64,000 nucleotides of DNA from contig JAXGPF010000004.1 of assembly GCA_040767085.1 (NCBI GenBank), positions 128,001 to 192,000 on the forward strand, in the 5' to 3' direction. Made by a program: the position numbers and the translations under genes. Origin of the DNA: Kiritimatiellia bacterium (GTDB lineage: Bacteria; Verrucomicrobiota; Kiritimatiellia; JAAZAB01). Shown piece after piece: positions 52,172-62,920 of this stretch. How positions within the stretch are numbered: position 1 is the first letter of the stretch; each line of letters starts with the position of its first letter. The notes under the pieces were generated by a model, which worked only from the letters and a program-made list of their open reading frames with translations, had not been told where the DNA came from and ran no database searches.

Positions 52172-53641
52172 TCAGCCGGGCGTTTCCAGCGCCCGCAACT
52201 GGGGAAACAAAATCACGTCCCGGATGGTTTCCGCTCCGGTCAAAACCATCACCAGGCGGTCGATGCCCAGCCCCAACCCACCGGCCGGCGGCATGCCGTA
52301 TTCCAGCGCCGTCAAAAAATCCTCATCGATCTGCTGGACATCCGCGCCGGCTTGCTCGGCGAACCGCCGGCGTTGTTCCAGGGGGTCGTTCAATTCCGCA
52401 TAGCCCGGCGCGATCTCCATGCCGTTGATCACCAGCTCGAACACATCCACCAGCTCCGGGTTGTCGGCGCAGCGCCGGGCCAGCGGCACCAGTTGCCGCG
52501 GCAGGCGCGTCACGAAAGTGGGATTGATCAGCGTGCGTTCGATCAATTTCTCGTAGACTTCGTGGGTGAGCAGCAGGCGGTCCCAGGCGGGATCCACGGC
52601 CAGGCCGCGCGCCTGCGCCCGCGCCCGCGCAGCATCCAGCGTCAAGTCGAACCAATCGCCGCCCATGCATTCCCGCACCAGATCGCCATAGGCGGCTTCG
52701 CGCCACGGACCGCTCAAATCGAGCGGATGCTCCGGGCGCCCGACCTGCAAGCCGCCGCAGACCTCGCGGGCCGCCGCCTGGATCAGTTCCTGCACCAGCT
52801 GCTGCACTCCCCGGCGATCGGACCAGGCCACATACGCTTCCAGCATGGTGAATTCCGGGTTATGGTTGCGGGACAAGCCTTCATTGCGGAAATTGCGGTT
52901 TAACTCGAACACCCGGGGCATGCCGCCGACCAGCAGGCGTTTGAGATACAATTCCGGCGCAATCCGGAGAAACATGTCCGCATTCAAGGCCGTGTAATGC
53001 GTCCGGAAGGGCCGGGCCGCCGCGCCGCCCGGCTGGGGCTGCATCATCGGCGTCTCAACCTCCACGAAACCCCGGTCCCACAGGAACGAACGCACGGCGC
53101 GGATCATGGCGGCGCGGCGCGCAAAAACCGCGCGCGCATCGGCGTTGGCAATCAGATCCAGGTAACGCCGGCGGTAGCGCAGTTCCACATCGCGCAAGCC
53201 ATGCCATTTTTCCGGCAAGGGCCGCAGCGCCTTGCCCATCAGGCGCCATCCATCCACCCGGATCGTCGGTTCGCCCATGCGGGTAGTGAACATCTCGCCC
53301 TCTACCCCGATCAGGTCGCCGAGGTCCAGCAGGCGGAAGGCCTCGAACTGCTCCGGCGGCAGATGCGATTTGCCGGCGTATATCTGCATGCGCCCGGTGG
53401 CATCCTGCAGATCGGCAAAGATGCTCTTGCCCATGTTGCGGATGGTCATCACCCGCCCGGCCGCGCGCGCCGGCTGATTTTCGGCAAAAGCGGCGCGCAC
53501 TTCCCCCAGGGAACGGAGCGCGTCAAATCCGCCGGCCTCCGGCTGGCAGCCCAGCGCCTGCAGGCGCCGGAGATTTTCCAGCCGCTGCGCTTCCACGCCT
53601 GCCCCGGCTTCCGGCTGCAGTTCTGAACTGACGTCAGTCAT
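52172..53641 (-). CDS. lysS: Lysine-tRNA ligase (class II)
   Basis: LPEKWHGL, RIAPELYLK, FRNEG, HNPEF, GIDRL. Confidence 0.97.
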   Translation of the reverse strand: MTDVSSELQPEAGAGVEAQRLENLRRLQALGCQPEAGGFDALRSLGEVRAAFAENQPARAAGRVMTIRNMGKSIFADLQDATGRMQIYAGKSHLPPEQFEAFRLLDLGDLIGVEGEMFTTRMGEPTIRVDGWRLMGKALRPLPEKWHGLRDVELRYRRRYLDLIANADARAVFARRAAMIRAVRSFLWDRGFVEVETPMMQPQPGGAAARPFRTHYTALNADMFLRIAPELYLKRLLVGGMPRVFELNRNFRNEGLSRNHNPEFTMLEAYVAWSDRRGVQQLVQELIQAAAREVCGGLQVGRPEHPLDLSGPWREAAYGDLVRECMGGDWFDLTLDAARARAQARGLAVDPAWDRLLLTHEVYEKLIERTLINPTFVTRLPRQLVPLARRCADNPELVDVFELVINGMEIAPGYAELNDPLEQRRRFAEQAGADVQQIDEDFLTALEYGMPPAGGLGLGIDRLVMVLTGAETIRDVILFPQLRALETPG

Positions 53642-53668
53642 GGATCAACGGCAACGCCAGGCGGCGGG

Positions 53669-53839
53669 TTATTTTTCCTGAATGGCTTCCGCCGGGCATT
53701 CGCCGGCGCACACGCCGCAACTGACGCATTTTTCTTCGTCAATCACATAGCGTTTTTCGCCCTTGGAAATAGCTTCCACCGGGCAGACTTCCTGGCATTT
53801 GCCGCAAGCCGTGCATTTATCCATAATTTCGTAAGCCAT
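53669..53839 (-). CDS. 2x[4Fe-4S] ferredoxin (56 aa)
   Basis: Hand translation MAYEIMDKCTACGKCQEVCP...CVSCGVCAGECPAEAIQEK; below the ORF-track cutoff. Confidence 0.92.
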   Translation of the reverse strand: MAYEIMDKCTACGKCQEVCPVEAISKGEKRYVIDEEKCVSCGVCAGECPAEAIQEK

Positions 53840-53869
53840 CTTGTTTTCCTTTACCCGTCACCGCGTTAT

Positions 53870-54601
53870 TCAACGCCCGATCGCCAACCGGGCGGCCAGG
53901 CGCTCCGGCAGGCCGGCGCGTCTGATCTTTTCCTGCGCCGCGGGAATATCGTATTCCACCCGCCGCAATTCAACTTCCTTTTTCTCGGCGCCAAAAACCG
54001 CATACGCCGCGCGCGGATCGCCATCCCGCGGCTGGCCGATACTGCCGACATTGACAAAATATTTTTTGCCGAGATTGATCTTCAGGCGGGTGTAAGTGCC
54101 GCCCACAATTTCGGTGGATTTTTCAAATGCCAGAGGCACATGGGTATGGCCGAAAAAGCAGACGGTCGTAGTTTGATAGTTGAAACTCGACTCCGCTTCC
54201 AGGCTCTCAAAAACATATCCCCACATCTCCGGCATGTCCAGCGTGCTGTGCACGATGGTAAACCCGCCCGCCCGCTGCACCAGCGGCAGGTCTGCCAGGT
54301 ATTTCTGCTGCTCGGCCGACAATTGACGGCGGGTCCAATCCACGGCATCGGCCGCCAGCGGATGAAATCCGGTCAAATCGTCGTCAAACGAGCAGTAGTG
54401 GTCGTGATTGCCGCGCACCGCCTTGCAATTCAATTCCCGTATTTTATCCAGGCATTCCGACGGGTTGGCATTGTAACCGACAATGTCGCCCACGCAGACA
54501 AAATCCGTCACGCCAACCTTGGCGGCATCCTCGAACACCGCCGTCAACGCCTCCCAGTTGCCATGGATATCGCTCAAAACCCCGTAAATCTGGCCGCTCA
54601 T
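53870..54601 (-). CDS. Metallophosphoesterase
   Basis: SDIHGN, GDIVGY, GNHD, GHTH, GSIGQPRDGD. Confidence 0.93.
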   Translation of the reverse strand: MSGQIYGVLSDIHGNWEALTAVFEDAAKVGVTDFVCVGDIVGYNANPSECLDKIRELNCKAVRGNHDHYCSFDDDLTGFHPLAADAVDWTRRQLSAEQQKYLADLPLVQRAGGFTIVHSTLDMPEMWGYVFESLEAESSFNYQTTTVCFFGHTHVPLAFEKSTEIVGGTYTRLKINLGKKYFVNVGSIGQPRDGDPRAAYAVFGAEKKEVELRRVEYDIPAAQEKIRRAGLPERLAARLAIGR

Positions 54602-54624
54602 TGCCGGGTAATCCTTGCCTGCGT

Positions 54625-55302
54625 CTATAAACGCATCAATGCGGCGGCTAAAACCAGATCGTCCGGAGTGGTAATCTTGATATTGGAAGAACTGGATGAC
54701 ACAATCCGCACCGTTTTGGATATCAATTCCACCGCTGAAGCCTCATCGGTTATCTTCAAGCGTTTCTTATTCACTAACTCGAACGCCTTCACCAGCAAAC
54801 CGCGCTGAAATGACTGGGGCGTCTGAACGCGCCAAAGTTTTGTCCGATCGATCGTTTTGGTGATAATCAACCCGCGCGGCACTTCCTTGACCGTATCCGT
54901 GATTTTCACCGCCGCCACGCCGGAACCGTACTGCCGCGCCGACTTGATCGTGTCGGAAATCAAAGACGGCGTCACGCAAGGCCGGGCGCCATCATGCACC
55001 GCCACGATTTCTACATCCGGCCCCAATTCCACCAAGCCGTTCCAGACGGATGCCTGGCGCTGGGATCCGCCCGCCACAATTTTTTTAACCTTCGTGCAGC
55101 CAAACATTTGCACGGCACAGCGCGCGGACTCCACCCGCTCCTTGCGGACGACCAGAATGATCTCATCAATATCGCGGCATTTTTCGAAAGCCATCACGGC
55201 ATGCACAAATACCGGCTTGGAACCAAGACTCAAAAACGCCTTGTCCACACTCGGGCCCATACGCTCACTGCGCCCGCCGGCCACTATAATTGCGCAATTC
55301 AT
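54625..55302 (-). CDS. ispD: 2-C-methyl-D-erythritol 4-phosphate cytidylyltransferase
   Basis: AGGRSERMG, HDGARP, QTPQ, TDEAS, NIKITTPDD. Confidence 0.95.
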   Translation of the reverse strand: MNCAIIVAGGRSERMGPSVDKAFLSLGSKPVFVHAVMAFEKCRDIDEIILVVRKERVESARCAVQMFGCTKVKKIVAGGSQRQASVWNGLVELGPDVEIVAVHDGARPCVTPSLISDTIKSARQYGSGVAAVKITDTVKEVPRGLIITKTIDRTKLWRVQTPQSFQRGLLVKAFELVNKKRLKITDEASAVELISKTVRIVSSSSSNIKITTPDDLVLAAALMRL

Positions 55303-55443
55303 ATTATTATCATAAAAACTGGCGGCATTCACTACCAAGTAAAGTTAACCGATTCCGGCGCTAAAGTCAAATAATGTTTGCTATTATTTCAAAATCGTGT
55401 AATAAACTCGCATTCAAGTTATTGCACGGCCCGTTTCTTCGCA

Positions 55444-56273
55444 TGGATGAGAAAATGAGCGGCGATTTCCTAATTACAAGTCTGCAAAATCAGCGTATCA
55501 AGCAGGTGGTTAAACTGCGTCAGCGCGCTTTTCGCGACCAAACGGGGTGGATGCTGGTGGAAGGCTACCGGGAAATCCGGCGCGCGCTGGATAATCACTA
55601 CCGCCCATCCACGCTTTTCACCTGCCCCGCTTTTTACCTGGGCAAAAACGAGCCGCCCCTCGTGGAACAATGCCGGGCAGCCGGCGCGGAAATCATTGTT
55701 TGCACCGAGCCGGTATTTGAAAAAATCGCTTACCGCGAGCGCCCGGAAGGTCTACTGGCGATACTGCCGCAGATGCGGGCCAGCCTGGATCAACTCCCTT
55801 TGCGGCCGCAGCCCCTGCTGGTAGTGGCGGAAGCCATTGAAAAGCCTGGGAACCTGGGAACCATGCTGCGGTCGGCCGACGCCGCCGGCGCGGATGCCGT
55901 GATTGTGTGCGATCCGCGGACGGATATTTACAATCCCAATGTTGTGCGGGCCAGCATTGGCACGATATTTTCCGTGCCGGTGGTAACGGCGACGTTTGAA
56001 ACGACTCATGCCTGGCTGCGCCAGCATCGCATTCAAACTCTGGCGGCCACGCCGCACGCCCGGCAGACTTACACGGAGCCGGACCTGACGTCCGGCGTGG
56101 CGATCGTGCTGGGCACCGAACAATTCGGCCTGAGCGAGCGCTGGATGTCCGCCGCCGACTGGCAGGTGCGCATTCCCATGCACGGCCAGGCCGATTCCCT
56201 CAATGTGGCCGCAGCCGCCACGATCCTGTTGTTTGAAGCGCGCCGGCAGCGGGATGCCGCGGCGGCCGTCTGA
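55444..56273 (+). CDS. TrmH/SpoU family RNA methyltransferase
   Basis: ITSLQN, EKPGNLG, GTE..GL, SLNVA; start uncertain. Confidence 0.92.
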
Positions 56274-56324
56274 CCGCCGCCGTTCAATCCGGACGCGCCA
56301 GGCCGGCTCAGCCTGGGCTGCGGG

Positions 56325-56816
56325 TCATTTTCCGGGCGGCGGGGCATTGGTGCCGGCAGCCGCATTCGTGCCGGCGGTGTTCGCGGCAGCCGCATTCGCG
56401 GCGGCAGCGTTCGTGGCGGAGGCGGCTTCCGCCGCTTGCTTGGCCTTGGCGGCCTTGGCTTCCGCGGCTTTTTTCTCGCGGGCCGCCTTGGCTTCGGCGG
56501 CCTTCTTCTCGCGGGCGGCCTGGGCGGCGGCCGCCTTGGCTTCGGCTTCCGCCTTCGCCTTCAATTCCGCCAGCATCGGCAGTTCGAAGCGGTTGCGGGT
56601 GCCGGGTGAAAGGTATTTCCAGGGATAAGTCACGCTGCCCCGCGGGGTTTGCATGACCAGCCCCTCCGGCAGGGCCTGGGCCACCGTGCCATCCAGCAAC
56701 TTGCCGTTGGCCATGCGCGGCGGAGCATCCGGGGGCACCTCGATGGCCTCCTCCGCCCCCAGGGCCAGGCTCCAGAGCAACGCCAGCACTAAGCCAAGAC
56801 AGATGCGCATATTCAT
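56325..56816 (-). CDS. Secreted hypothetical protein with Ala/Lys-rich helix and TN-repeat tail
   Basis: Signal peptide; AAREKKAAEAK twice; overlaps the gltA stop. Confidence 0.65.
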   Translation of the reverse strand: MNMRICLGLVLALLWSLALGAEEAIEVPPDAPPRMANGKLLDGTVAQALPEGLVMQTPRGSVTYPWKYLSPGTRNRFELPMLAELKAKAEAEAKAAAAQAAREKKAAEAKAAREKKAAEAKAAKAKQAAEAASATNAAAANAAAANTAGTNAAAGTNAPPPGK

Positions 56817-58108
56817 CCTCCCGCCGCCCGCTGTTCGACCGGCACGTAATGCCTTTCGGCGGCGCCGGTGTAAATCTGGCGCGGCCGCGCGATTTTAAAG
56901 TTGGCGCTGTGCACCATTTCCCGCCAATGCGCCAGCCACCCCGGCACCCGCCCGATGGCAAACAACACCGTGAACATGTTGTAGGGAATGCCCACAGCCT
57001 TCAGGATCAAGCCGGAATAAAAATCCACGTTGGGATAAAGGTTGCGCTCCAGGAAGTAACTGTCGGAAAGGGCGGCTTCCTCCAGGCGCAGCGCGATGTC
57101 GAACAACGGGTTGTTGGCCCCGTGTTTATTCAGCAGCTTGTGGCAAGCCGCCTTGAGAATTTTGGCGCGCGGATCGAAATTCTTGTAAATGCGATGGCCG
57201 AAGCCCATCAGGCGCGCCTTGCCGTCGCGCCGCTTGGCTTGCTCGATGAACTTGCGCCCATCGCCGCCGGACTTCAGAATCTGCTCCAGCATGTTAATGA
57301 CGCCCTGGTTGGCGCCGCCGTGACGCGGCCCCCACAAGGCGGAAATGCCGGCGGAAATCACGGAGTAAATGTTGGCCATGCTGGAGCCGGCCAGCCGCAC
57401 GGTGGAAGTGCTGCAATTCTGTTCATGGTCGGCGTGCAGGATCAAAAACAACTCCACGGCGCGGACAATGTCTTCGTCCTGCTGATAATCCCGCACCGGG
57501 GAGGCATACATCATGTTGAGGAAGTTCTGGACATACCGCAGCTTGATGGAGGGATACATGACCGGTTCGCCGATGGATTTCTTGTAGGAAAACGCCGCGA
57601 TCGTGCGCACCTGCGAAATCAGGTTGGCCATGAACTGCTCTTCGGCATCCTGGTCCAGCACTTCAGGCAGGGGATAAAACGTGGACAGGGAAGCCACCAT
57701 GGTGGTGAGAATACCCATCGGATGGGCATGGTTGGGGAACGCCAGGAAGAAATGGCGCATGTCTTCATGGATCAATGACGAAACGTTCAGCCGGTTGGAA
57801 AAAACCGCCAGTTCCGCGGCTGTCGGCAATTCGCCGTGGATCAGCAGATAAGCCGTTTCAACAAAGGTTGAACGGGCCGCCAACTCTTCAATCGGGTACC
57901 CGCGATACCGCAGGATTCCTTTATCACCGTCAATATAGGTGATGGCGCTCCGGCAGCTGCCGGTGTTGGCCAGGCCGGGATCCATGGTAATCAAACCGGT
58001 CTGACTGCGCAGACTGGCGATATCAAGGGCGCGTTCGCCCGTGGCCGCCCGCACCAGCGGCAACATGTGTTCACGGCCGTCCAACACCAGTTTGACCGAA
58101 TCTTTCAT
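56813..58108 (-). CDS. gltA: Citrate synthase (type II-like)
   Basis: ITYIDG, LHADHEQNCST, HGGAN, GFGHR, PNVDFYSG. Confidence 0.97.
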   Translation of the reverse strand: MKDSVKLVLDGREHMLPLVRAATGERALDIASLRSQTGLITMDPGLANTGSCRSAITYIDGDKGILRYRGYPIEELAARSTFVETAYLLIHGELPTAAELAVFSNRLNVSSLIHEDMRHFFLAFPNHAHPMGILTTMVASLSTFYPLPEVLDQDAEEQFMANLISQVRTIAAFSYKKSIGEPVMYPSIKLRYVQNFLNMMYASPVRDYQQDEDIVRAVELFLILHADHEQNCSTSTVRLAGSSMANIYSVISAGISALWGPRHGGANQGVINMLEQILKSGGDGRKFIEQAKRRDGKARLMGFGHRIYKNFDPRAKILKAACHKLLNKHGANNPLFDIALRLEEAALSDSYFLERNLYPNVDFYSGLILKAVGIPYNMFTVLFAIGRVPGWLAHWREMVHSANFKIARPRQIYTGAAERHYVPVEQRAAGG

Positions 58109-58260
58109 GAATGCTCCCGCAAAATGATTGAGAAGGCTGCTTTATTAGAGGTTTTAACACCAGATGTCAAGCATGGAAAACATGTCGTCGTTCGCGCTTG
58201 ACATTCACGCCGGCATGGCGCATTATTTGCCCATTTAACAACCATTGCCAGGAGACGCGC

Positions 58261-58488
58261 ATGTCACGGGTTTGCGAAATCTGCCAGAAGGGATCATTGA
58301 CCGGCAATCGCATCGTTCGCCATGGATTGCCCAAGGCCAAGGGAGGGATCGGTTTGCATACCACCGGCATCACCCGCCGGAAGTTTCTGCCGAATCTCCA
58401 GAAAATCCGCGTGCTGGAAAACGGCGGAATCAAGGTGCGTAAAGTTTGCGCCAATTGCATTAAATCAGGCAAAATCAACAAGGCCTAG
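58261..58488 (+). CDS. rpmB: 50S ribosomal protein L28 (zinc-binding form)
   Basis: MSRVCEIC, RKFLPNLQ, VCANC; GGAG upstream. Confidence 0.95.
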   Translation: MSRVCEICQKGSLTGNRIVRHGLPKAKGGIGLHTTGITRRKFLPNLQKIRVLENGGIKVRKVCANCIKSGKINKA

Positions 58489-58573
58489 CCGCCCACGGAC
58501 GGCGGCGGCATCCGCGCGCCGCCGGGCATGCCGGCCGGCATGCTGTCAGGCACAGGGACATCCAGGGGGGAGC

Positions 58574-59161
58574 ATGAAAACCGGTTGGATCATCCTCGCT
58601 GTCATCGTGTTGATCGGGCTGGCCGTGGCCGGCATTTACAACAAGCTGGTCGCCCTGCGCAACCGGTTCAAAAATGCGTTTGCCCAGATTGATGTGCAAC
58701 TCAAGCGGCGTTATGACCTGATTCCCAACCTGGTGGAAGTTGCCAAGAAGTACATGCAACACGAGCGCGAAACCCTGGAAGCCGTGATCCATGCCCGCAA
58801 CCAGGCGGCTTCCGCGCAGCAGGCCGCCGCCGCCGCGCCCGGCAATCCCGCCGCCATGCAAGGTCTGCTGGGCGCCGAGGCCGCGCTGACCGGCCGCGTC
58901 GGCCGGTTTTTCGGATTGATGGAAAATTATCCGGACTTGAAGGCCAACCAGAACATGGCGCAACTGATGGAAGAACTCGCCTCCACGGAAAACAAGATCG
59001 CTTTCTCCCGCCAGGCATATAATGACGCGGTCATGTCTTACAATACCGCGCGCGAGACGTTCCCGAACGTGTTGATCGCCGGCCCGTTCGGTTTCGGCGA
59101 AGCCGCCCTCTTCGAAATTACCGATGCCGCCGAACGCGAAGCGCAAAAAGTAAAATTTTAG
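58574..59161 (+). CDS. lemA: LemA family protein
   Basis: QIDVQLKRRYDLIPNLV, YPDLKAN, TENKIAFSRQAYND. Confidence 0.95.
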   Translation: MKTGWIILAVIVLIGLAVAGIYNKLVALRNRFKNAFAQIDVQLKRRYDLIPNLVEVAKKYMQHERETLEAVIHARNQAASAQQAAAAAPGNPAAMQGLLGAEAALTGRVGRFFGLMENYPDLKANQNMAQLMEELASTENKIAFSRQAYNDAVMSYNTARETFPNVLIAGPFGFGEAALFEITDAAEREAQKVKF

Positions 59162-59167
59162 CGCCTT

Positions 59168-61144
59168 ATGGATTTTTTCGAGCACCAGGCGCGCGCCCGC
59201 CGCAATACCAGCCGCTTGATTTTCTTTTATGGCCTGGCGGTGGCGCTGATCATATTGTCGGTTTACCTCGCCTTTGCTTGCACCATGGGCCTCGCCCGGA
59301 CCGCCGGCGGGGATGCCGCGTCCGCCCCGATGCCGCTATGGAATCCCGGATTGTTTGCCCTGGCGGCGGCCGGCACGCTGCTGGTGGTGCTGGGCGGCAC
59401 CGCTTACAAGATCGCGCGCTTGGCCCAGGGCGGCAGTGCCGTGGCAGCCCTCCTGGGCGGCCGCCGGATCAACCGCAATACCGCCCGCCTGGACGAGCGC
59501 AAGGTGTTGAACGTCGTCGAGGAGATGGCGATTGCCGCCGGCATCCCCGTGCCGCCGGTTTTCCTGCTGGAAAATGAAACCGGGATCAACGCCTTTGCCG
59601 CCGGGTTCGCCCCGGCGGATGCGGTGATCGGCATCACCCGAGGCGCCATGGGACAACTCTCCCGCGATGAATTGCAGGGCGTAATCGCCCATGAATTCAG
59701 CCATATCTTCAACGGCGATATGCGCCTCAACATCCGGCTGATGGGAGTCTTGCACGGCATCCTGCTGATCGGGCTGATCGGCTATTGGCTGCTGCGGAGT
59801 TCCCTGTATTCCAACCGTTACGGGTCTTCCAGAAAAGACAAGGGCAATTCCGGGGCGCAGCTCGCCATCCTGGGCCTGGCGCTTTCGGCGATCGGATTCG
59901 TCGGGGTGTTTTTCGCCAAGCTGATCAAGAGCGCCGTTTCGCGCCAGCGCGAGTTCCTGGCTGACGCCGCGGCCGTGCAATTCACCCGCAACCCGGCCGG
60001 CATCGCCGGCGCATTGAAAAAAATCGGCGGACTCTCCGCCGGTTCAAGGGTCAAGGACGCCCATGCCGAGGAAGCCAGCCACTTTTTTTTCGCCAACGGC
60101 CTGGCTTCCGCCTGGTTTTCCCTGATGGCCACCCATCCGCCTCTTACGGAGCGCATCCGCCGGATCGATCCATCCTTCACCGGCGTGTTTCCCGAGATAG
60201 CCGCGCCGCCCCCGCCCCGGTCTGATCTGGGCTCACCAGGGATGGATCGCCCCACCCCGGAGTTGCTCTACGCGGCCATGGCGGCGGGCGCGGACGCCCG
60301 CACTGTGCGCGTCACCGCGGGGAATGTGGTGGCCGCCGTGGGCGCTCCCCAGGCGGCGCATCTGCGTTACTCGCAAAACCTGCTGGCAGCCTTGCCGCCC
60401 GCGCTGCTGACCGCCGTCCGGGAAACTACCGGCGCCCAGGCAATTATTTTCAACCTGCTCTTGAGCGCCGATGCGTCAACCCGCGCCCGGCAGCAGCAAA
60501 TGCTGAGGCATAACGCCGACCCCGCCGTCCAACAGGCGGCCGACGCACTGGCCGCCCCTGCCCGCAGCCTGTCGCCGGAATTGCGCCTGCCGTTGGCGGA
60601 CATGGCCATTGCGACGCTCAAGGAGTTGACGCGCGGCTCGTACGGCAAATTCCGCGCCGCGATGGAGCAGTTGATCACGGCCGACGAGCAGGTGGATTTG
60701 TTTGAATACACCTTGTACCGCATGCTGTTGCGGCATTTGACGCCGTATTTTGAAAAGCCGCGCCCCGCTCCCATCCGGTATTACACCCTCAAACCGGTGC
60801 AGACTGCATGCCGGGAAGTGCTGGCCTGCCTGGCATATTGGGGCGACCCGTCCGGCGCGGGCGTGCAGCGGCATTTTGATGCCGGCTGGGCGCGGCTGCC
60901 CATAGCCGCCGGCGATGCCGCGCCGGCCATGCCCCCCCGCCAGGCCTGCGGGGTGCGGACCCTGGACACGGCGCTGGGAAAACTGGCCCAGGCCGAGCCC
61001 GCGCTGAAGAAACGGATCATGGACGCCTGCGTAGCGTGTGTCGCCGCTGATGGCGCCGTAAATGCTGCCGAGGCCCAGGTGCTGCGCGCCGTCGGCGACA
61101 CCCTGGGCTGCCCCATCCCGCCGATCATGGCCGAGGCTGCCTGA
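59168..61144 (+). CDS. M48 family (HtpX-like) zinc metallopeptidase, long form
   Basis: MDFFEHQ, INAFAAG, HEFSH, SRQREFLADA, THPP. Confidence 0.92.
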   Translation: MDFFEHQARARRNTSRLIFFYGLAVALIILSVYLAFACTMGLARTAGGDAASAPMPLWNPGLFALAAAGTLLVVLGGTAYKIARLAQGGSAVAALLGGRRINRNTARLDERKVLNVVEEMAIAAGIPVPPVFLLENETGINAFAAGFAPADAVIGITRGAMGQLSRDELQGVIAHEFSHIFNGDMRLNIRLMGVLHGILLIGLIGYWLLRSSLYSNRYGSSRKDKGNSGAQLAILGLALSAIGFVGVFFAKLIKSAVSRQREFLADAAAVQFTRNPAGIAGALKKIGGLSAGSRVKDAHAEEASHFFFANGLASAWFSLMATHPPLTERIRRIDPSFTGVFPEIAAPPPPRSDLGSPGMDRPTPELLYAAMAAGADARTVRVTAGNVVAAVGAPQAAHLRYSQNLLAALPPALLTAVRETTGAQAIIFNLLLSADASTRARQQQMLRHNADPAVQQAADALAAPARSLSPELRLPLADMAIATLKELTRGSYGKFRAAMEQLITADEQVDLFEYTLYRMLLRHLTPYFEKPRPAPIRYYTLKPVQTACREVLACLAYWGDPSGAGVQRHFDAGWARLPIAAGDAAPAMPPRQACGVRTLDTALGKLAQAEPALKKRIMDACVACVAADGAVNAAEAQVLRAVGDTLGCPIPPIMAEAA

Positions 61145-61148
61145 GGCG

Positions 61149-61700
61149 CTAATCCGCCACCTCCAGATGCCGCGGCCCAAAGACTGCCGTTAATCCGCCG
61201 GCGGCGGATGCGACCCGAACGCGCAGCCAGTCCCCGGCAACCCGCCCGGCTGCAACCTGTTGCATGACGGCCGGACGGCCAGTCCGCGCCGGCGCGATAA
61301 CCGCCGCAAACCAGACCGAAGTGCCAGCGCGGCCGGGGTCAACGCCCAGTTCCCCGCCAAATCCGTAAAAGACAAAACTCAATTTATCCAGATGGCCGTG
61401 GACGCCGCCATATGGCCCGAATGTCATTCCCGCCGCCAATTCCGCCGCGCCGCCACGCCGCAGGATCACATGGCCGGCCGCCGGTAACATAATTATACGG
61501 CAGATTCCAGGCCGTCGTACCGCGGCGCGGATAATGCGCATAGCTTTCCGCATACCCGATCAACAGCCGCCGGGCATGTTCCGCATATTTCCTTTCGCCG
61601 GTCAGCGCATACGCCCAGGCGCAATCCAACAGATCGTGTTGATTGGCGGCATGCCGCCGGCCGAAAATCACGTCATCGTAGGGCTCACCCGTGTATTTTT
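61149..61700 (-). pseudogene. Heparinase II/III / alginate-lyase-like gene remnant
   Basis: Fragments in different frames: YTGEPYDDV...AYALTGERKYA...LLIGYA..Y and FGPYGGVHGHLDKLS...LGVDPG; far shorter than intact enzymes. Confidence 0.65.
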
Positions 61701-61904
61701 TCCGGCATAAGCGCCCGGCAAGATCAAAATCCCGGCTGGTTTGCTCCGCGTCGGGATGCGGGGCGGATTTATGGTTATCCTGTATTCATGGCGGAACCGG
61801 AATTCAGTCAAACATTTGCTTCAAATGATTGGCGGAATGTGATAAATTTTTAATTCCGTGATGTTTCGCCATCAAACCGCTGCTGAAAAAAGGAATCCGA
61901 TACG

Positions 61905-62816
61905 ATGAAAATCAGCATCATTCTCCACGCCAACTGCGTCGAACAGGGACAGACGATTGACGAGATGTGCGCTTACGCGGTCAAATGGGGTTACGACGGC
62001 ATTGAATTCCGCAGCAAACGGACGGGCGGGGATGAGACGCGCGATAATTACCTGGACGCCATCGCGCGGGCGCGCGACCGGCATGGCCTGCGGGAAGTCT
62101 GCTTTGGCAGTCCCGGGCCCAACTTGATGCAGCCTGATGCCGGTGCCCGCCAAAGGGCGACGGATGAATATGCCGCGTTCCTGCGCACGGCGGCCAGCCG
62201 CCTTGGCGTGAAGGCCGTCAACACCTTTGCCGGCCAACTCTTGAATCCAGCGCCCCATGCGCCTTTAACGGACAGCGCCCTGCACGGCTCCGCCATCGCC
62301 ACCGAGGCGCACTACGCCTGGGCAGCGGAAGGATTCCGCCAACTCGGCCCGGTCGCGGAAGAACTCGGTCTCCGCCTGGCGTTGGAAACCCAGCGCGGTT
62401 ACCTGCACGACACGCCCGCCAGCGCGCTGAAACTCGTGAACCTGATCGGCCACGCCCACGTAGGCATCAATCTCGATTGCGTCTGCATCAGCGGGCAACC
62501 CAATCCGCCCTCCGTGCCGGAAATCCTGGCCATGCTGGCCGGCCACATCTACTATGTCCACCTGCGCAATATCTGCCGCCTGGCAAGCCGCGAGGCGTTG
62601 CGGGTGGGCCTCGGCGACGGGGAGATCAACCACCGGTTGTTGCTGCGGCTGCTCCTACGACAGGGGTATGCGGGACCGCTCTGCATTGAATCCCCGCGCT
62701 CCGGCGATCGCGAGTGGTTTGCCCGGCAGGACATCGCGTATTTGCGGACGGTGCTCGCGGAAATCGACTCCGCCGCCCCTGAAGCTATGACGAACCCGGC
62801 CCGCCCCCGGGGGTAA
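61905..62816 (+). CDS. Sugar phosphate isomerase/epimerase (xylose isomerase-like TIM barrel)
   Basis: GYDGIEF, LALET, INLD, YVHL, GDGEI, CIE. Confidence 0.87.
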   Translation: MKISIILHANCVEQGQTIDEMCAYAVKWGYDGIEFRSKRTGGDETRDNYLDAIARARDRHGLREVCFGSPGPNLMQPDAGARQRATDEYAAFLRTAASRLGVKAVNTFAGQLLNPAPHAPLTDSALHGSAIATEAHYAWAAEGFRQLGPVAEELGLRLALETQRGYLHDTPASALKLVNLIGHAHVGINLDCVCISGQPNPPSVPEILAMLAGHIYYVHLRNICRLASREALRVGLGDGEINHRLLLRLLLRQGYAGPLCIESPRSGDREWFARQDIAYLRTVLAEIDSAAPEAMTNPARPRG

Positions 62817-62920
62817 TCCAGATCGCGCGCGGGGACTTGAATATTGCGCTTGCAGTGCGCAACGTTCAGGTATAATCTGGATTGCAGCGAGGATTACCCT
62901 CGCCTTAAAAGGAGAATGCG

